Positions 51,536-64,000 of a stretch of 64,000 nucleotides of DNA are shown piece after piece (position 1 is the stretch's first letter; every line of letters starts with the position of its first letter). The notes under the pieces were generated by a model. The model did not search any database. It was given only the letters and a program-made list of their open reading frames with translations, and was not told the DNA's origin. Source of the stretch: Lama guanicoe. Its lineage: Eukaryota. The stretch is taken from NCBI GenBank assembly GCA_013239625.1, contig MU054098.1, positions 1,737,104 through 1,801,103 of the forward strand. Reading direction: 5' to 3'. The position numbers were made by a program, and so were the translations under genes.

Positions 51536-52271
51536 TTTAAATTATTTAAAAAAATTTTTTATTGAAGGAGAGTCAGTGTAAACACTGTAAAATGTTGTGT
51601 CAATTTCTGGTATACAGCACAATGCTTCAGTCAGGCATGAACATACATATATTCGTTTTCATATTCTTTTTCACCATAAGCTACTACAAGATATCAAATA
51701 TAGTTCCCTGTGCTATACAGTATAAACTTGCTTATCTATTTTATATATACCAGCCAGTATCTGCAAATCTTGAACTCTCGATTTATCCCTTCTCACCCTC
51801 TTCCTCACTGGTAACCATAAGTTTGTTTTCTATGTCTGTGAGTCTGTTTCTGTTTTATATATAAGTTCATTTGTCTTTTTTTTTAATTCCACATGTAAGT
51901 AACATCATATGATATTTTTCTTTCTCTTTCTGGCTTACTTCATTTAGAATGACATTCTCCAGGGCCATCCATGTTGCTGTAAATAGTATTATTTTATTAT
52001 ATTTCATGGCTGAGTAGTATTCCATTGTATAAATATACCACATCTTTATCCAGTCATCTTTTGATGGACATTTAGGTTGTTTCCATGTCTTGGCTATTGT
52101 AAATAGTGCTGCTATGAACACTGGGGTTCAGGCATCTTTTTGAATTAAGGATCCTTCTCTATATATGCCCAAGAGTGGGATTGCTGGATCATACAGTAAG
52201 TCTATTTTTAGTCTTTTGAGAAATCTCCATACTGTTTTCCACAATGGCTGTACCAAACTGCATTCCCACCA
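51536..52271 (-). mobile_element. Young 5'-truncated L1 3' end with TSD
   Basis: Minus ORF MFIAALFTIAKTWKQPKCPS; 15-bp TSD caaatgtttaggttt (51521-51535) / caaaggtttagtttt (52272-52286). Confidence 0.9.
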
Positions 52272-52699
52272 CAAAGGTTTAGTTTTAATTTCTGTGATAG
52301 TTTGGGGGAAAAAATGGGTCATTGTGGTAACATGAAATAAGAGTTTGGCAGGTATCTGACTGAGGATGTATACTAATTGCTTAAGGTATACTATGGGAAT
52401 ATTTTTGAATGTGGAGGAAGGTGGTAAGAACATCCTTCCTGAGGTTCTAATGGTAGAGATTCGAACTATGTCAAAAATACCATTTCAAATGTGTTATTTT
52501 CTCCAGAAATAAAATTAGTCAACAAATTAAAACATTAGTGTATTAAAGTCATATCACTATAGCTTAATAGTCTTTAACCATCTATTGTTTTGCTTAAAAT
52601 GTTTTTCTCCTTCCCAGCCCATCTGCAAGATACTGTGAAAATACAGAAGCATATTTTGTACATAGTGAGTAGAGAAACTTCTCTTTATCATCAATTCCA

Positions 52700-54000
52700 G
52701 CCTCTCCAGTGAATTTTTTTAAATTTCAATCATTGTATTTTTCTGTTCCAAATTTTTAATTAGTTCTTTTTTATAGCTTGTATTTCTTGGATGAGAACTT
52801 CTATCCTTCCATTCATTTCAAGAGTATCCACCCTTACCACGTGGAGCATTAGAAAATAACTGTTTTAAAGTCTTTGTCTGATAATTCCAATATCTGGATT
52901 ATCTCAGGTTTAGCATCTGTTTATTGTCTATTAACTTAAAAAATGTATCTTGGACATTATGAATATTATATTTTTATTATACTTTTACTTCAGATCCTTT
53001 TAAGGTCTTCTGGCAAATGATGAGTCGGTTTGTTTGTTTGGTTGATTGGCTGGATTAGTTGGCAATCAACTTATTTAGGTTCAAATTGCAATGGCTCTAA
53101 TATCAGTTCAGTTTTCCAAATCATTGCTATGCTGTTAGGGTCTACCCTGCATTTGCACCACTGAGGACTTTGCTCTTGGGCAGTAGTTTATATCATATTT
53201 CAGTTTTCAAAACTTTTTCTGTGCTCCTTTGTGACTATTCCCTGCATGCACAGCTTGGGTATAAGCCCAGAACTTGTGTCAGTTTAAACTCAGAATTAGG
53301 GAAACCCCTTCTTCAGTCCTTTACTATCTGGGATTTCCCCAGCCTCTGGCTCCAAGAGGACTATTTTCCTCTGCCTAGAACACAGGGGTTTCTCTCACAG
53401 TTTTAGATTTGTGTGATGTTTTGAAGTTCCATGCAACTGGGACCAAAATTAGAGTGAAGCAAGAAAAGAGAGAGAGAAAAATAATCAGGATTCCTCACAC
53501 ATACTTCGGTCCACCAAGGCCACTTTCCTTGGTTCCTCTAGAAAGAAATAAGGAAATGTTTTGCCTCAGGGTTTTAGGTGAGTGCCTCGTCATTACAGCA
53601 CTGCAGATCTGTAACTAGTGATGGTTTCGGGCAAGGCCTGGAGAGTAAAAAGAAAGAAACAAAAGATAAGGATTTCCCTTACATTCTCCAGACCAATCTC
53701 TCAGTTCTCTGGCTGGAAAGAAGGAATTACTCAGAGTTTTTGCTATTCATGCCCACTGCATAGTTCTGGGACATTCACCACCCTTGACTCAAAGCCAAAC
53801 AAAACAAAAGAAATAGTAAATTCATCACTTTACTGGTCGTTCTTCAAGTTTTTACTTCTCTATCCAATCTACCTGCTATTGTTTACTCTTTAAAGTCTTC
53901 AATGAGTTGCATTGGGTGTTCTGGCCACAGTTTTTAGCTATAATTCATGAGGGAAACAGGCTGTAGTGTGCTTACTGTGTTTTTTCCATCACTGAAAGTC
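52700..54000 (-). mobile_element. Old L1M 5'/ORF1 region
   Basis: ttttaaagtctttgtctgataattccaatatctggattatctcagg, typical antisense ORF1 N-terminal sequence. Confidence 0.65.
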
Positions 54001-54099
54001 CCAGGCAATGTCTTTTGGTGGAGGAAAAAATAAATATAGAGAAATTACACATATTACATGTACCTGGCTACCATCTCATGTATCTCCTTCCCAAGGATA

Positions 54100-54562
54100 T
54101 AACACCACCAAATAAAAGAAGGAGCAATTACACAGATAAAAATAAAATAGATCAAAAGACTAAATATTAATATCAAGGTACAATTTAAGAAAAAAGAGCA
54201 TTATTTGATACAGAAGGTAATTTCTTTTTATTGGAATGTATAATTTACAATGAGGACATACCAGTAATGAACCATTACCAAATAATGTAATGTCTCTACC
54301 ACTGCATCTACATATAAGCAAAAATCTGCTATAAATTCAAAGAGAAATTGAGAGAATCATAATTGCAGTGAGATATTGAAGTATCATATTACCCAATTTT
54401 TTATAGCAAAAAGTAGAAAAAACAATACTAGAGAAAATTTTTAAATATAATTTATGCATTGGAATTATTAGCTATTTATCTAATAAAAATATCCAAAAAA
54501 AGAGACTACACACTCTTCTCCAAAGCTTATAAGCGTCTCCAAAAATTGATCATAATCTAGAC
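54100..54562 (+). mobile_element. Ancient L1 ORF2 EN fragment
   Basis: aagcaaaatctgctataaattcaaagagaaattg...aaaaattgatcataatctagacc. Confidence 0.6.
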
Positions 54563-54762
54563 CAGAGGATCTATAAACTTTTTCTTTAAAGGGCCAGAGA
54601 GTAAATATTTTAGGCTTCATGAAGTCTTTTGGTCTCTGTCATTGTAATGCAAAAGAAACCATGAACAATACATAAACAGACAGGCATGGCTCTGTTCCAA
54701 TGAAACTCTGTTTACCAAAATAAGTGGTGAGCAAGATTTGACCTATAGTTTGCTGACCTCTG
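54563..54762. mobile_element. MER58A MITE
   Basis: aaagggccagagagtaaatattttaggct...tagtttgctgacctctg; TSD atctagac/atctaaat. Confidence 0.88.
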
Positions 54763-55149
54763 ATCTAAATTAATCAAAGGAACTAGAAGCTCTGAAGACT
54801 GGTTCAGTAGGAAGCTGCAAGAAGGCCAAATAACAGAGATGCATTTTAAATCAGGTACAAACTCAAATATTCCCAGATGTCTTGACAGATGAAGAATAAA
54901 GCAGCCTGATACAGGAATGAGGCAAGGGTATTTTGATCTTGATAAATGAGAACGCTGAGAATAGAGGAGTCATGGCACTATTAGGAAAATTATATTATAT
55001 CTGATTCTCAATCCAAGAGATTTCATGAAAAATGTTGAAAAGTGTATTCTACTAATTCCTAGAGGAAATAAAAGCTAACTTTAATAAAATTTGTTAGTGG
55101 TTAGAATTTACTAAAGTGACTAATTATGTTTATATAGATGCAGACTGGT

Positions 55150-55350
55150 GTCTATGGAAAGCCAAAGATGAAGAATGGATTTAATTGGGGAATCTGTCAC
55201 TATTTAGCTGCATGTCCTTAGGCAAGACATTTAGTCTCTTTTGGCCTTAATCTCTTCAACAGGTAATACCAAGTTTGTAGTAAATAGATACTTGTATGTA
55301 TTACAGTTTGAAAATTCTATGCTTCTATTTAAATCTTGGTATTATCACTT
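55150..55350 (+). mobile_element. MIR SINE
   Basis: tctgtcactatttagctgcatgtccttaggcaagacatttagtctct. Confidence 0.6.
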
Positions 55351-55859
55351 TAAAATTTATTAATAATACTTGTCAGTGTTATGGTTTACTTAGCTCTTTT
55401 TATGAATTACTTATCATCCTTAAAGGATAAGTACCTGGAAAAGTGATCTATCCATTAAACAAGTCATCAACCAATTCGCTTCAATTGTGAACAAAGTAAT
55501 GGAAATAAAATAAATGGCTTCTTGAGGACCTACCTTAAAATCCCATATCTGAAAAGTAACCGTAAATATCACACAGGATAAAAGCAAAGGAGTGAAGAAG
55601 GTAAAGAAAGAAAAATAGGTAACTGGATACAGTAGGAAATGATAGAAAATATATTAGCAATTGTAGCAGTAAAAGTTATCTAGAGAACTATGGAGTCCTG
55701 ATTACAGATAGTGATTATGTTTTTTAAGGAATAAATTCACAACACATGCAAAAATTAAACACTGAGTATGTTTTTTAAAGGATAAAATAAATTTTATTTT
55801 TTCTAATACTTTTTGAATTTATTGTTTTCTCTATGGTGACTAGTTATAAACATTATACT

Positions 55860-56040
55860 TTGAATTCTTACTATAAACTTATGAAATAGGTATTAGTCTT
55901 TTCCCCTTTTACAGAAGAAGAAACAGAGGCATATAGAGAATAAGAAATTTGCCCAAAGTCACACAGCTAAGTAGCAAAGCAATAATTTGAACTCAGGTGT
56001 TTTCTAACAACAAATGTTTCAAAATTACACTATATTGCTT
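55860..56040 (-). mobile_element. MIR SINE
   Basis: cccttttacagaagaagaaacagaggcatatagag...ttgcccaaagtcacacagct. Confidence 0.75.
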
Positions 56041-56279
56041 CTTAAGTCTAAGATTCTTCTCAAAATAATTGCATCAAAAAATAAAGTACTTGCAGAGTAC
56101 CTTCTGTGTAACTAACATTGCTGGATTCAGTGATAGGTCCAAAAATAAGTTTACAATCTATTGGGGCAAATAATGGAATATTTTGAATTAAAAGAATTAC
56201 CATTAAAAATATTTCTTTGCAGTATAAATATAGGAGGATATGAAAATCACTGCATTATATTGGATTTTTACATTTTAAA

Positions 56280-56770
56280 CTTTTTGTGAGCTTTATTGAG
56301 GTATAATTTATATACAATAAAATTCTAAAATGTCAATGACAAATGTATCCAGTCATGTAACCACCACCACCACAATCATATAGAACATTTCCATCACTCC
56401 AGAGTGCTCCCTTTTAGCCCTTGGTACTCAATATCCTCCCCCTACCTCACACCCTGGCAACTACTAATCTGCTTTCTGTCATGTAGTTTTGCCTTTTCTT
56501 GAATGTCATATAAATTAAACTGCACAGTTTGCACTCTTCAGTATCTGGTTTCTTTCACTTAGCGTAATACTTGAGAATCAGCCATCTTGTGTGTATTGGT
56601 AGTTTGCTCATTTTTTTTTTCTGAGTAGTTTTCCATTTTATGATTGTACCACAATTTGTTTATCTATTCACCTATTAAAGGACATGGGTTGAATCTAGGT
56701 TTTGACTATTGTTAGTAAATTCCTATAAACATTCAACTACAGGTCTTTGCATAGATAAATGCTTTCAATT
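56280..56770 (-). mobile_element. L1MB/ME-type 3' end
   Basis: gctttattgaggtataattt...gaacatttccatcactccaga...ccctggcaactactaatctgc. Confidence 0.8.
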
Positions 56771-56929
56771 CATCATGCAAAAGTTTACACTATACAGCAG
56801 ACATTAACATAGGAGGACCTAAAGGTAGAACGAGGTCCATAGGAGAGAAGCTCCTCCATATAAAAGAAATTAGAATATGTTAGTCAACATATGTACTTAT
56901 GCCTTAAGTACATATGCCTCAGAGAGTCA

Positions 56930-57955
56930 CATGCCTTAGAGGAGGACTAAAGAGAACAAAAATTGGAAGAGTCATTATGTGAAACTATTATCAGAACATG
57001 GGAACTTTGGGGAAAGAATTTCAGTACAGTTGTGAGATTAGAAGCCAGATTTTTAGGAGTGTAAAGAAGCAGTAAGAAATAAAAAGTACGAGTATAGCCT
57101 ACCCTTTTAAAAGTACTGGTAGGAAAGAGTGTGGAAGAGAAATGAAATAGCAGTTTTAAGAGATACCTAATTTCAAAGAAGATTGTGGAAGATTCTAATA
57201 GAAGCTGATCTCATTTGCAAGAAGAGAAGAGAGACTGACATTGCAGAGAGGGGATCATTGATGCGGCAAGGTTCCAGAGAAGTGTGGAAAGGATAGGAAT
57301 AAGAGGTACCTTGCCTTGAAAAAGTGTCTCTTATGGGACAAAGACAGGATGTTAGATTAGATATTGGTAGAGAGGAGGGCTTGGCAATAAAAATCTACTT
57401 AGAAGGAAACCAGAGAAAGTCAAGGAGTCATGTTGAATGACCTCAATCTTACCCAAGGAGTTAAGTAACCATATTTAGAACTGAGACATTAGAACCTATA
57501 TAAAGTTTGGGCATCTACCATAGAGAATGATCAAAAAAGTTCAATAAGCAATGCAGGAATAAACAAAGTGCAAAATCCAGCTGAAGTTCAGTAGCCTATT
57601 TATTGTGAACCTGGTCATCAATTGTTTTGTGACTTTTCTCAGAAATCAAGGTCTAAGAGAATAATCAGATGACCTGAATAACAAGACATTTCTTTCCTGG
57701 GTTGAGAATAGGATTTGCAGACTCAACAAAATAAGAAATGAGGGATTATGTGAGTCAATAATGAGATATGTTAAAATCATGGGTCTGAGCATAAGTAAAC
57801 AAGCAAGTAAAAAAAAATAAAATAAATGAAAAATTTATCATTAGAGCTGAAGAGACGAGATTATTTGTGGGCTGCGAGTAAAAGGAGTGAGGTCTGTAGG
57901 TGTAAGTAAAGGAGTACAGATATAGAAGGAAATATTACTGTGGTCAGAGAGTAGT
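56930..57955 (-). mobile_element. Decayed L2 body
   Basis: Purine-rich L2-like sequence (atttcagtacagttgtgagattagaagccagatt). Confidence 0.5.
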
Positions 57956-58667
57956 GATAGCTCGTCCTTAGAACTGACTTACTGAAGAAACAGTTAAATG
58001 GGCCAAATAAAGAACATGTTGGGGAGCAATTTACAGGAAATAGAATTGCTACAGATCCCTTTTAAAAGACAAACTACTGTAAGACACAGTGAAAGAAGAA
58101 ATGTGGTGATAAACTGAAGATCTACTAAGATAGTTTTATCTTTTTCTGCAACAACACAGATTGCCCCCAGAAAGACTGAGGCTCTATCACTAGCACCACA
58201 TCAACTCAAAGAGCAAAAACAAGCAGTTACTGGTTCTTTCATTGTGTACTGTTTTTCTCTACAATCCATTCATCAGTTTTAGTGCATACTGCTGCCACGC
58301 TTACCCTTTCAACTGCTACCACAGTCATAAAACTGTTGCTGTATAGCACATTTCAACTATGTGTTGTATGCCTGAAATGTACGCTGGCAACTTAAATATA
58401 AAAGGTTTGATTTTGGTAAACTCAAAGATTTGATTTTTGGTAATACCCTTATTACAAACAACACCAATATACACTTGCTGAACATGGCAGCGACAAAAAC
58501 ATGAGGATACAAAAATAAAAGCACCCAGTTACAAAACTGGAGGTCCAGGATGGGAGCTTCCAGCCAGAGCTAAAGACGAAGTCCAGCTGTATGAATCTAG
58601 GAGTTATAAGGTCCAACCCAGAACCATGGCAGCCATTGTTAAGATTTGGTTGGTACAAAGAAAAGAA

Positions 58668-58830
58668 CATGGATACACCAAATTACTTACAGAGGTTATC
58701 TCTGGAGAGTGGAACAGAGAGGAGGAGGAGAAAGAGACTTTCACTTTAACTCTTTACACTTTTGTAATGTTTAGGTTTCTAATGCCTATTATGTATAAAC
58801 TTTTGAACAGTTTTTAAGACCAAAAAAAGA
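58668..58830 (+). mobile_element. L1ME 3' terminal fragment
   Basis: ggatacaccaaattacttacagaggttatctctgg...actttcactttaactctttacacttttgtaatgttt. Confidence 0.6.
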
Positions 58831-58859
58831 AAAAGGAAGGGAAAGATGAAGGAAAGAAG

Positions 58860-59095
58860 AGATTTACCACCTGTCTAAATTTGGGCAATATATTTAAGCT
58901 ATCTGAACATCAATTTCTTCACTTATAAAATGAGAATATCAAGAACTATGTTGCCTGTTTGTTTAATCACTCAACAAGTATTTATTGAGTTTGTCTTTGC
59001 TGCTGTGAGTTGGCAATAATCAGTGTGAGGAACTGAATGAAATGATTCAGATAATGTGTCTGGCACAGAAAAAGTGCTCAATACATACCATTATC
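58860..59095 (+). mobile_element. MIR with an internal L2-like piece
   Basis: catcaatttcttcacttataaaatgagaat; tgtctggcacagaaaaagtgctcaata. Confidence 0.6.
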
Positions 59096-60139
59096 TTCCA
59101 TTTTTCTGTGTAAAAGCAGAACTAGTCGCAGAACCTGAAGTAAATTAAAAGAGTCTAAGTTGCAGGGATTGGTTCACCAGAAAGCAGAACACTGGGCAGG
59201 TGCTGTGTATGTGTCTAACTCCATGTCGCCCGGGGGAGAGGACTCCTGAGAAGCCTCAAGTCCCAGAGTCCTTGCATCTACTTTGAGTCCATTCTTGCAC
59301 CGATAAGATCAAGCAGCGAGCCTGAATTTTTCTTTTCATCCTTAAAAACTTGCCTTTTGGAGTAGATTAATCTTTATTTCAGCCCATGAAAAGCTGCACC
59401 TTACAAGTACATTTATAGTTTCTGGAAGTATCTCACTTACTTGTTGGATGAAGGCTCTTCACATCTTGGCTGTTCATTTCTAATCTTAAAGATTAAGTGG
59501 TAGTAAAAAGCTAAAGTGTGATATTAAAGAATACAAATATCTCTAAAAATTGAATGCTGGGGATGAAGGAAAAAAAGAGCACAATTTTTCTTCAAGGTTG
59601 ATCTCCTGTGGAATGTCTTTAGGGAGGAAAGGGGTAGTGATGATGAGGGAAGTTAACTCATGATCTATCAATCTCCTCATTAAATAAGGTTGTTGTGAGG
59701 AATCAATTGAAATGATTTGGGTAATGTGTCTGGCACAGAGTAATTATGTCTGGCAGGCTGATTATTGTTAAGCTGCCAGATTCAGTCAGCTAAATCCATT
59801 CTTCTCATCAATTACCTTATGATTCTGTAATAAAAGGCCATTAAAAGCCATTTCTTTGCAATCTCATGGAAGCATCTACTCATGACTACATTTTCAAAAA
59901 TAACCAACCCTATCACTTATACACATTACAATGAGACCCCACATCCTGATTTTCAAGGCATCAGAGAGGACAAAACTCTGAGCTGGAAATCTTTACATGT
60001 AGAAACTATTTAGTATGAGGATTAGATCTGAGTTTGAGATAGATATAGTTGAGAGGAGATCTTTTGCATAAAAATTTTATAAGAGAATCAAAGTCTTAAA
60101 GAGTCTTAGACACTTCCACTGGAAAAATTCAAATTACTG

Positions 60140-60215
60140 TAGATTAAGCCATATGAAATTATGATATCCAATCCATTCGGCCTATTAAAAGAACAATTTC
60201 ATGTAGTTCAACCTA
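60140..60215. mobile_element. MADE2-like mariner MITE
   Basis: About 76 bp with imperfect TIRs tagattaagccatatgaaatt / aatttcatgtagttcaaccta and TA ends. Confidence 0.75.
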
Positions 60216-60399
60216 TTATTTGAAATCTGACATAATTCTATGATTCAAGATCTGGGAGACCTAACGCTAATAGAGCACCTGATAAATACTGATTCTTTCT
60301 CTCTTCCCACCATCCCGAGAAGTTCCATCCCCAATCTAGAGAGGCAACTGTGGTGTAACAAAAAGAACTCTACACTGAGGGTCAAACAGACAACTTTTA

Positions 60400-61217
60400 A
60401 AACGTTATTGAGGCCTAACTGAAATAAAACAAATTACACATAATTAACCTGTGAAATTTGGTTAATTTTGACATACATATACAATTATTAAAACACACCA
60501 TAATCAAGATAACAAACATTTCAATCATCCTAAAGAGATCACTAGTGCACCTTTCCATCCTTTCCTGCACCTCCATTCCCAGGCAACTACTGACCTACTT
60601 TCTATCACTATAGATTGGTTTGCATTTTTAGGATTTTATGTAAATGGAACCATACGGTATATACTCTTTGATGTCTAGCTTACTTCAGTCACCACACTTA
60701 TTTTAAATCCATTCGTATTGTTTTGAGTATCAGTACTGAAAAATTTCAAAAGTCATTCAATCATTGTTCTTTGTTATTGATCCTTCATATTAGTACGGAC
60801 TCATGGATATTTATTTTATATGTTGTGTTATAAGCTATTTTATTTATTTTGTTACTCAAATTGTTTCAGCTTTGGCCACTGGGACTTCTTCTTTCAGTTG
60901 GGTCATGTGTCCCTTTGATATATCACCATCATTGAGGATTGTTTGGTTTGTTTGTTTGTTTGTTTGCTTGCTTGCATGTTTCCTTGCTTTCTGGCGGTGC
61001 AAAATGTTCCAGGCCCATATTGTCCATTTCCTTCCTTGGCCCTACAATCAGCCATTCCTCCAAGAGCCCTCATTCCTTTTATGGGACAATGGTATTAGTA
61101 ACCAATATATGGGCACTGCATATACTCATTTTTTTTTGCACTCATTGTTCAATTTTTGAAAAGAATGGTTTTTTCCCATTTAATTACATTTGGAACCTTG
61201 TCAAAATTCAATTTTCC
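60400..61217 (-). mobile_element. Composite old L1 3' regions (L1MB/ME plus L1MC-type 3'UTR piece)
   Basis: cccaggcaactactgacctactttct; caatcagccattcctccaagagccct. Confidence 0.7.
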
Positions 61218-61590
61218 AAAATGAAGGAAATTCTGACACATGCTACAACATGGATGAAACTTAAGGACATTACGCTAAGTGAAATGAACCAGTCACAAAG
61301 AGACAAATATTGTATAATTCCACTTATCTAGAGCAGTCAAATTCACAGAAAAAGAAAATGGAAAGGTGGTTTCCAGGGGCTGGATCAGGGGGAAATGGGG
61401 AGCTGTTGTTTAATGGGTACAGAATTTCAGTTTTAGAAGATGAAAAGTTCTGGAGATTAGTTGCATGACAATATGAATATACTTAACACCACTAAACTGT
61501 ATACTTGGACATTTTAAGTTTTGTGTCATGCATTTTTACTACAATAAAAATATTTTTAAATGTATGAAATAAATAAAGGAGACATAACTA
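61218..61590 (+). mobile_element. L1MB-type 3' end inserted in an older antisense L1
   Basis: EILTHATTWMKLKDITLSE; 16-bp TSD caaaattcaattttcc (61202-61217) / caaaaatcaatttttc (61591-61606). Confidence 0.82.
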
Positions 61591-64000
61591 CAAAAATCAA
61601 TTTTTCATATTTTTGGTTCTATTTCTGTACTCTAGATTCTGTACTAATAATCTGTGTGTCTGTCCTTTAACCAGTACCACCATGTCTTGGTTACTGTAGC
61701 TTTATAGAAAGGCTTGAAATTAGCTGGTGTGAGTCCTCCAACTTTTTCTTCTTTTTCAGAGTTGTCTTGGCTATATTAGCTTCTTTGCATTTCCACATAC
61801 ATTTTGAATCAACTTTTCTATATTAACAAATATCCTGCTATGATTTTGATTATGATTAAGTGGAATCTATAGATCAATTTGAAGAAAACTGAAATTTAAC
61901 CATATTGAGTCTTTTTATCAGTTTACTAATTTTCAGCAGACACATACATTTTGTTAAATTTATGCTTAAATGTTTCATGTTGTTTGTATATTGTAAATGG
62001 ATTAGATTTTTAAATTTTGTTTTCAATGATTCATTGTCAGCATTTGGAAATATAATTGATTTTTGTATACTGACCTTGTATCATAAATTGCTAATCTCAT
62101 TTACTAGTTCTAGGAATTATTTTTGTAGATTCCTTAGGATTTTCTACTCAGAAAATTTAACATCTGTGAATAAAGACAGATTTATTTCTTCTTATCCAAT
62201 TAGTATGCATTTTCTTTCTTTTCCTTGCCTCATTTCACTCAAGAAGATCTAAAGTATACAGTTGAATAAGAGGGGTGAAAGTGGAAATCCTTTCTTGATT
62301 CCCACTGTAGGTAAAAAGTATTCAGTCTTTCACCATTAAGTATGTTGTTACCTGAGGGATTTTGTTTCATTTTCTTTTGGTTTTACGTGTTTGATTTTGT
62401 AAATTCTCTTTATCAGATTGAGTAACTCCCCCTTCAAGTCCTTGTTTGTTGATGATTTTTAAAATCATGAATTGATGTTGATTTTTGTCAAATTCTTTTC
62501 CCTGCATCTTTTGATATGATCATATTTTTTTTTTCTTTCAACTGTTAGTATGGTGGATTAAATCGACTTCCAGTGATGAACCATCCCTACATTCCTGAGG
62601 GAAACCCCATGTGGTCCTGATGTGTTATCATTTTCAGATATTATTGATTTTTATTTGCTAATATCTTGTTCAGGGTTTTGTATCTATGTTCATGATGGAT
62701 ATTGGGCTTCTAGTTTTCTTTGATGTTTTTATCTGATTTTGATATCAGGGTGATGTTGTCCTCTTTTTTCTGGAAGAGATTGTATAGATTTAGGAGTATT
62801 CCTTCCTTAAATATTTGATAGGATTCTCAAGTGGAGCCATCTGGACCTGGAGTTTTGTTTTGGAAATTTATTTAACTATGAAATCAGATTATTTAATAGA
62901 TATAGGACTATCCAGTTACTTATTTCCTCCTGAGGAAGCTTTGGTAGTTTGTAACTTTCAAGAACTGGTCCAGTTTAACTAAGTTTTCAGATGTATGCAC
63001 ATACAATTGTCCTCAGTATTCCTTTATTATCCTTTTATATCTATAGGTTTTGTAGTGCCCCTCTTTCATTCCTGGTAATTTGTATCTTCAATCTTATCTT
63101 TGTTAATGTTGCTAGAGATTTATCAATTTTATTGAAATTTTTAAGAATGCAAGCTCTTGAATTCATTGATTTTTTCAATTGTTTTTCTGCTTTCACTTTC
63201 ATTGATTTCTGCTCTTATCTTTACTATTTCCTTGAATTTAATTTGCTCATCTTTACCACTTTCTTCAAGTAGATTAGGTAGATGTTTATTTTGAAAGCTT
63301 TTTCATTTCTAAGGGATATATTTAGTGCTACATATTTCCCTCAAAGAACTTCATTAGACCTGTCTCATAAATGTTGCAATTTAAATTTAATTCAAAATAT
63401 GTTATAATTTCCCCTGGCTCTTCCTCTTTTATTCATTGGTTATTTAGTAATGTTTTTCAAATATTTGAGGGTTTTTGAGACATGTTATATCTCTGTTACT
63501 AATTTCTAGTTTAATTTCATTATGGTCAGCAAACATACATTGTATGATTTCTATTCTTTTACAGTACTGGTTTGTTTTATGGCCCAGAATATGTTCCATG
63601 CGCACTTGATAAGAACTCAGGTTGGTGCTAGCGTTGTTCAGGTCTTCTATATCCACATTCATCTCCTCTGTAAGTTTTTCTAACAATTACTGAGATACCT
63701 GTTGAAGTTACTGTATACAATTGTGGATTTGCTTATTTTCTCTTTCAGTTCTATTTTTGTCAGATGTATTTTGAAGATCTGCTGTTAGCTGCCTATATAT
63801 TTGGGATTGATAGGTCTTCTTGGTGAACTTACCCTTTTATAATTATATAATTCTCTCTTTGCCCCGGTAATATATCTTGCTCTGAAGTTTACTTTGTCAG
63901 ATACTAATATAGCCACTATAGCATTTTTTGATTAATATTTTCATGGTATATCTTTTTCCATAATTTTACTTTTAACCTATATATGTCTTTATATTTAAAG
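61591..64000 (-). mobile_element. Old L1M ORF2 (RT to EN), running off the window
   Basis: Minus ORF 63444-63686 (HILGHKT...DHNEIKLEI, EN C-terminal motif). Confidence 0.85.

Noticed and set aside
1..64000. CRISPR array, tRNA/rRNA genes, CpG-island promoter or prokaryote-type system
   Set aside because: No regularly spaced repeats, structural RNA signatures or CpG-rich island seen; the sequence is CpG-depleted mammalian DNA.

Overview
AT-rich, repeat-dense mammalian intronic or intergenic DNA. The youngest L1 3' ends look camelid-like, and I saw no primate, ruminant, pig, horse or carnivore SINEs, so a camelid source is my inference. I found no intact protein-coding gene, RNA gene or CRISPR array. 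Most ORF-track entries are decayed L1 ORF2 fragments, antisense L1 frames or chance frames. The one gene-derived feature is a processed pseudogene of DNAJB6 short isoform b (ATG 36054, stop 36803, poly(A) about 39027-39036), disabled several times and split in its 3'UTR by a minus-strand L1. The rest is layered L1, L2, L3/CR1, MIR, MaLR LTRs (including a two-LTR MLT1 provirus) and MITEs (MER5, MER20, MER3, MER58, MADE2). The most interesting structures are a probable post-insertion inversion of about 1.3 kb within nested L1s, a tiny 5'-inverted L1, fold-back inverted duplications, a CTCF-like site, a double GTCT/AGAC palindrome and a few orphan exon-like segments. I cannot support a claim of a novel biological system. 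Repeat family names come from recalled consensus sequences, not from a search, and boundaries are approximate.
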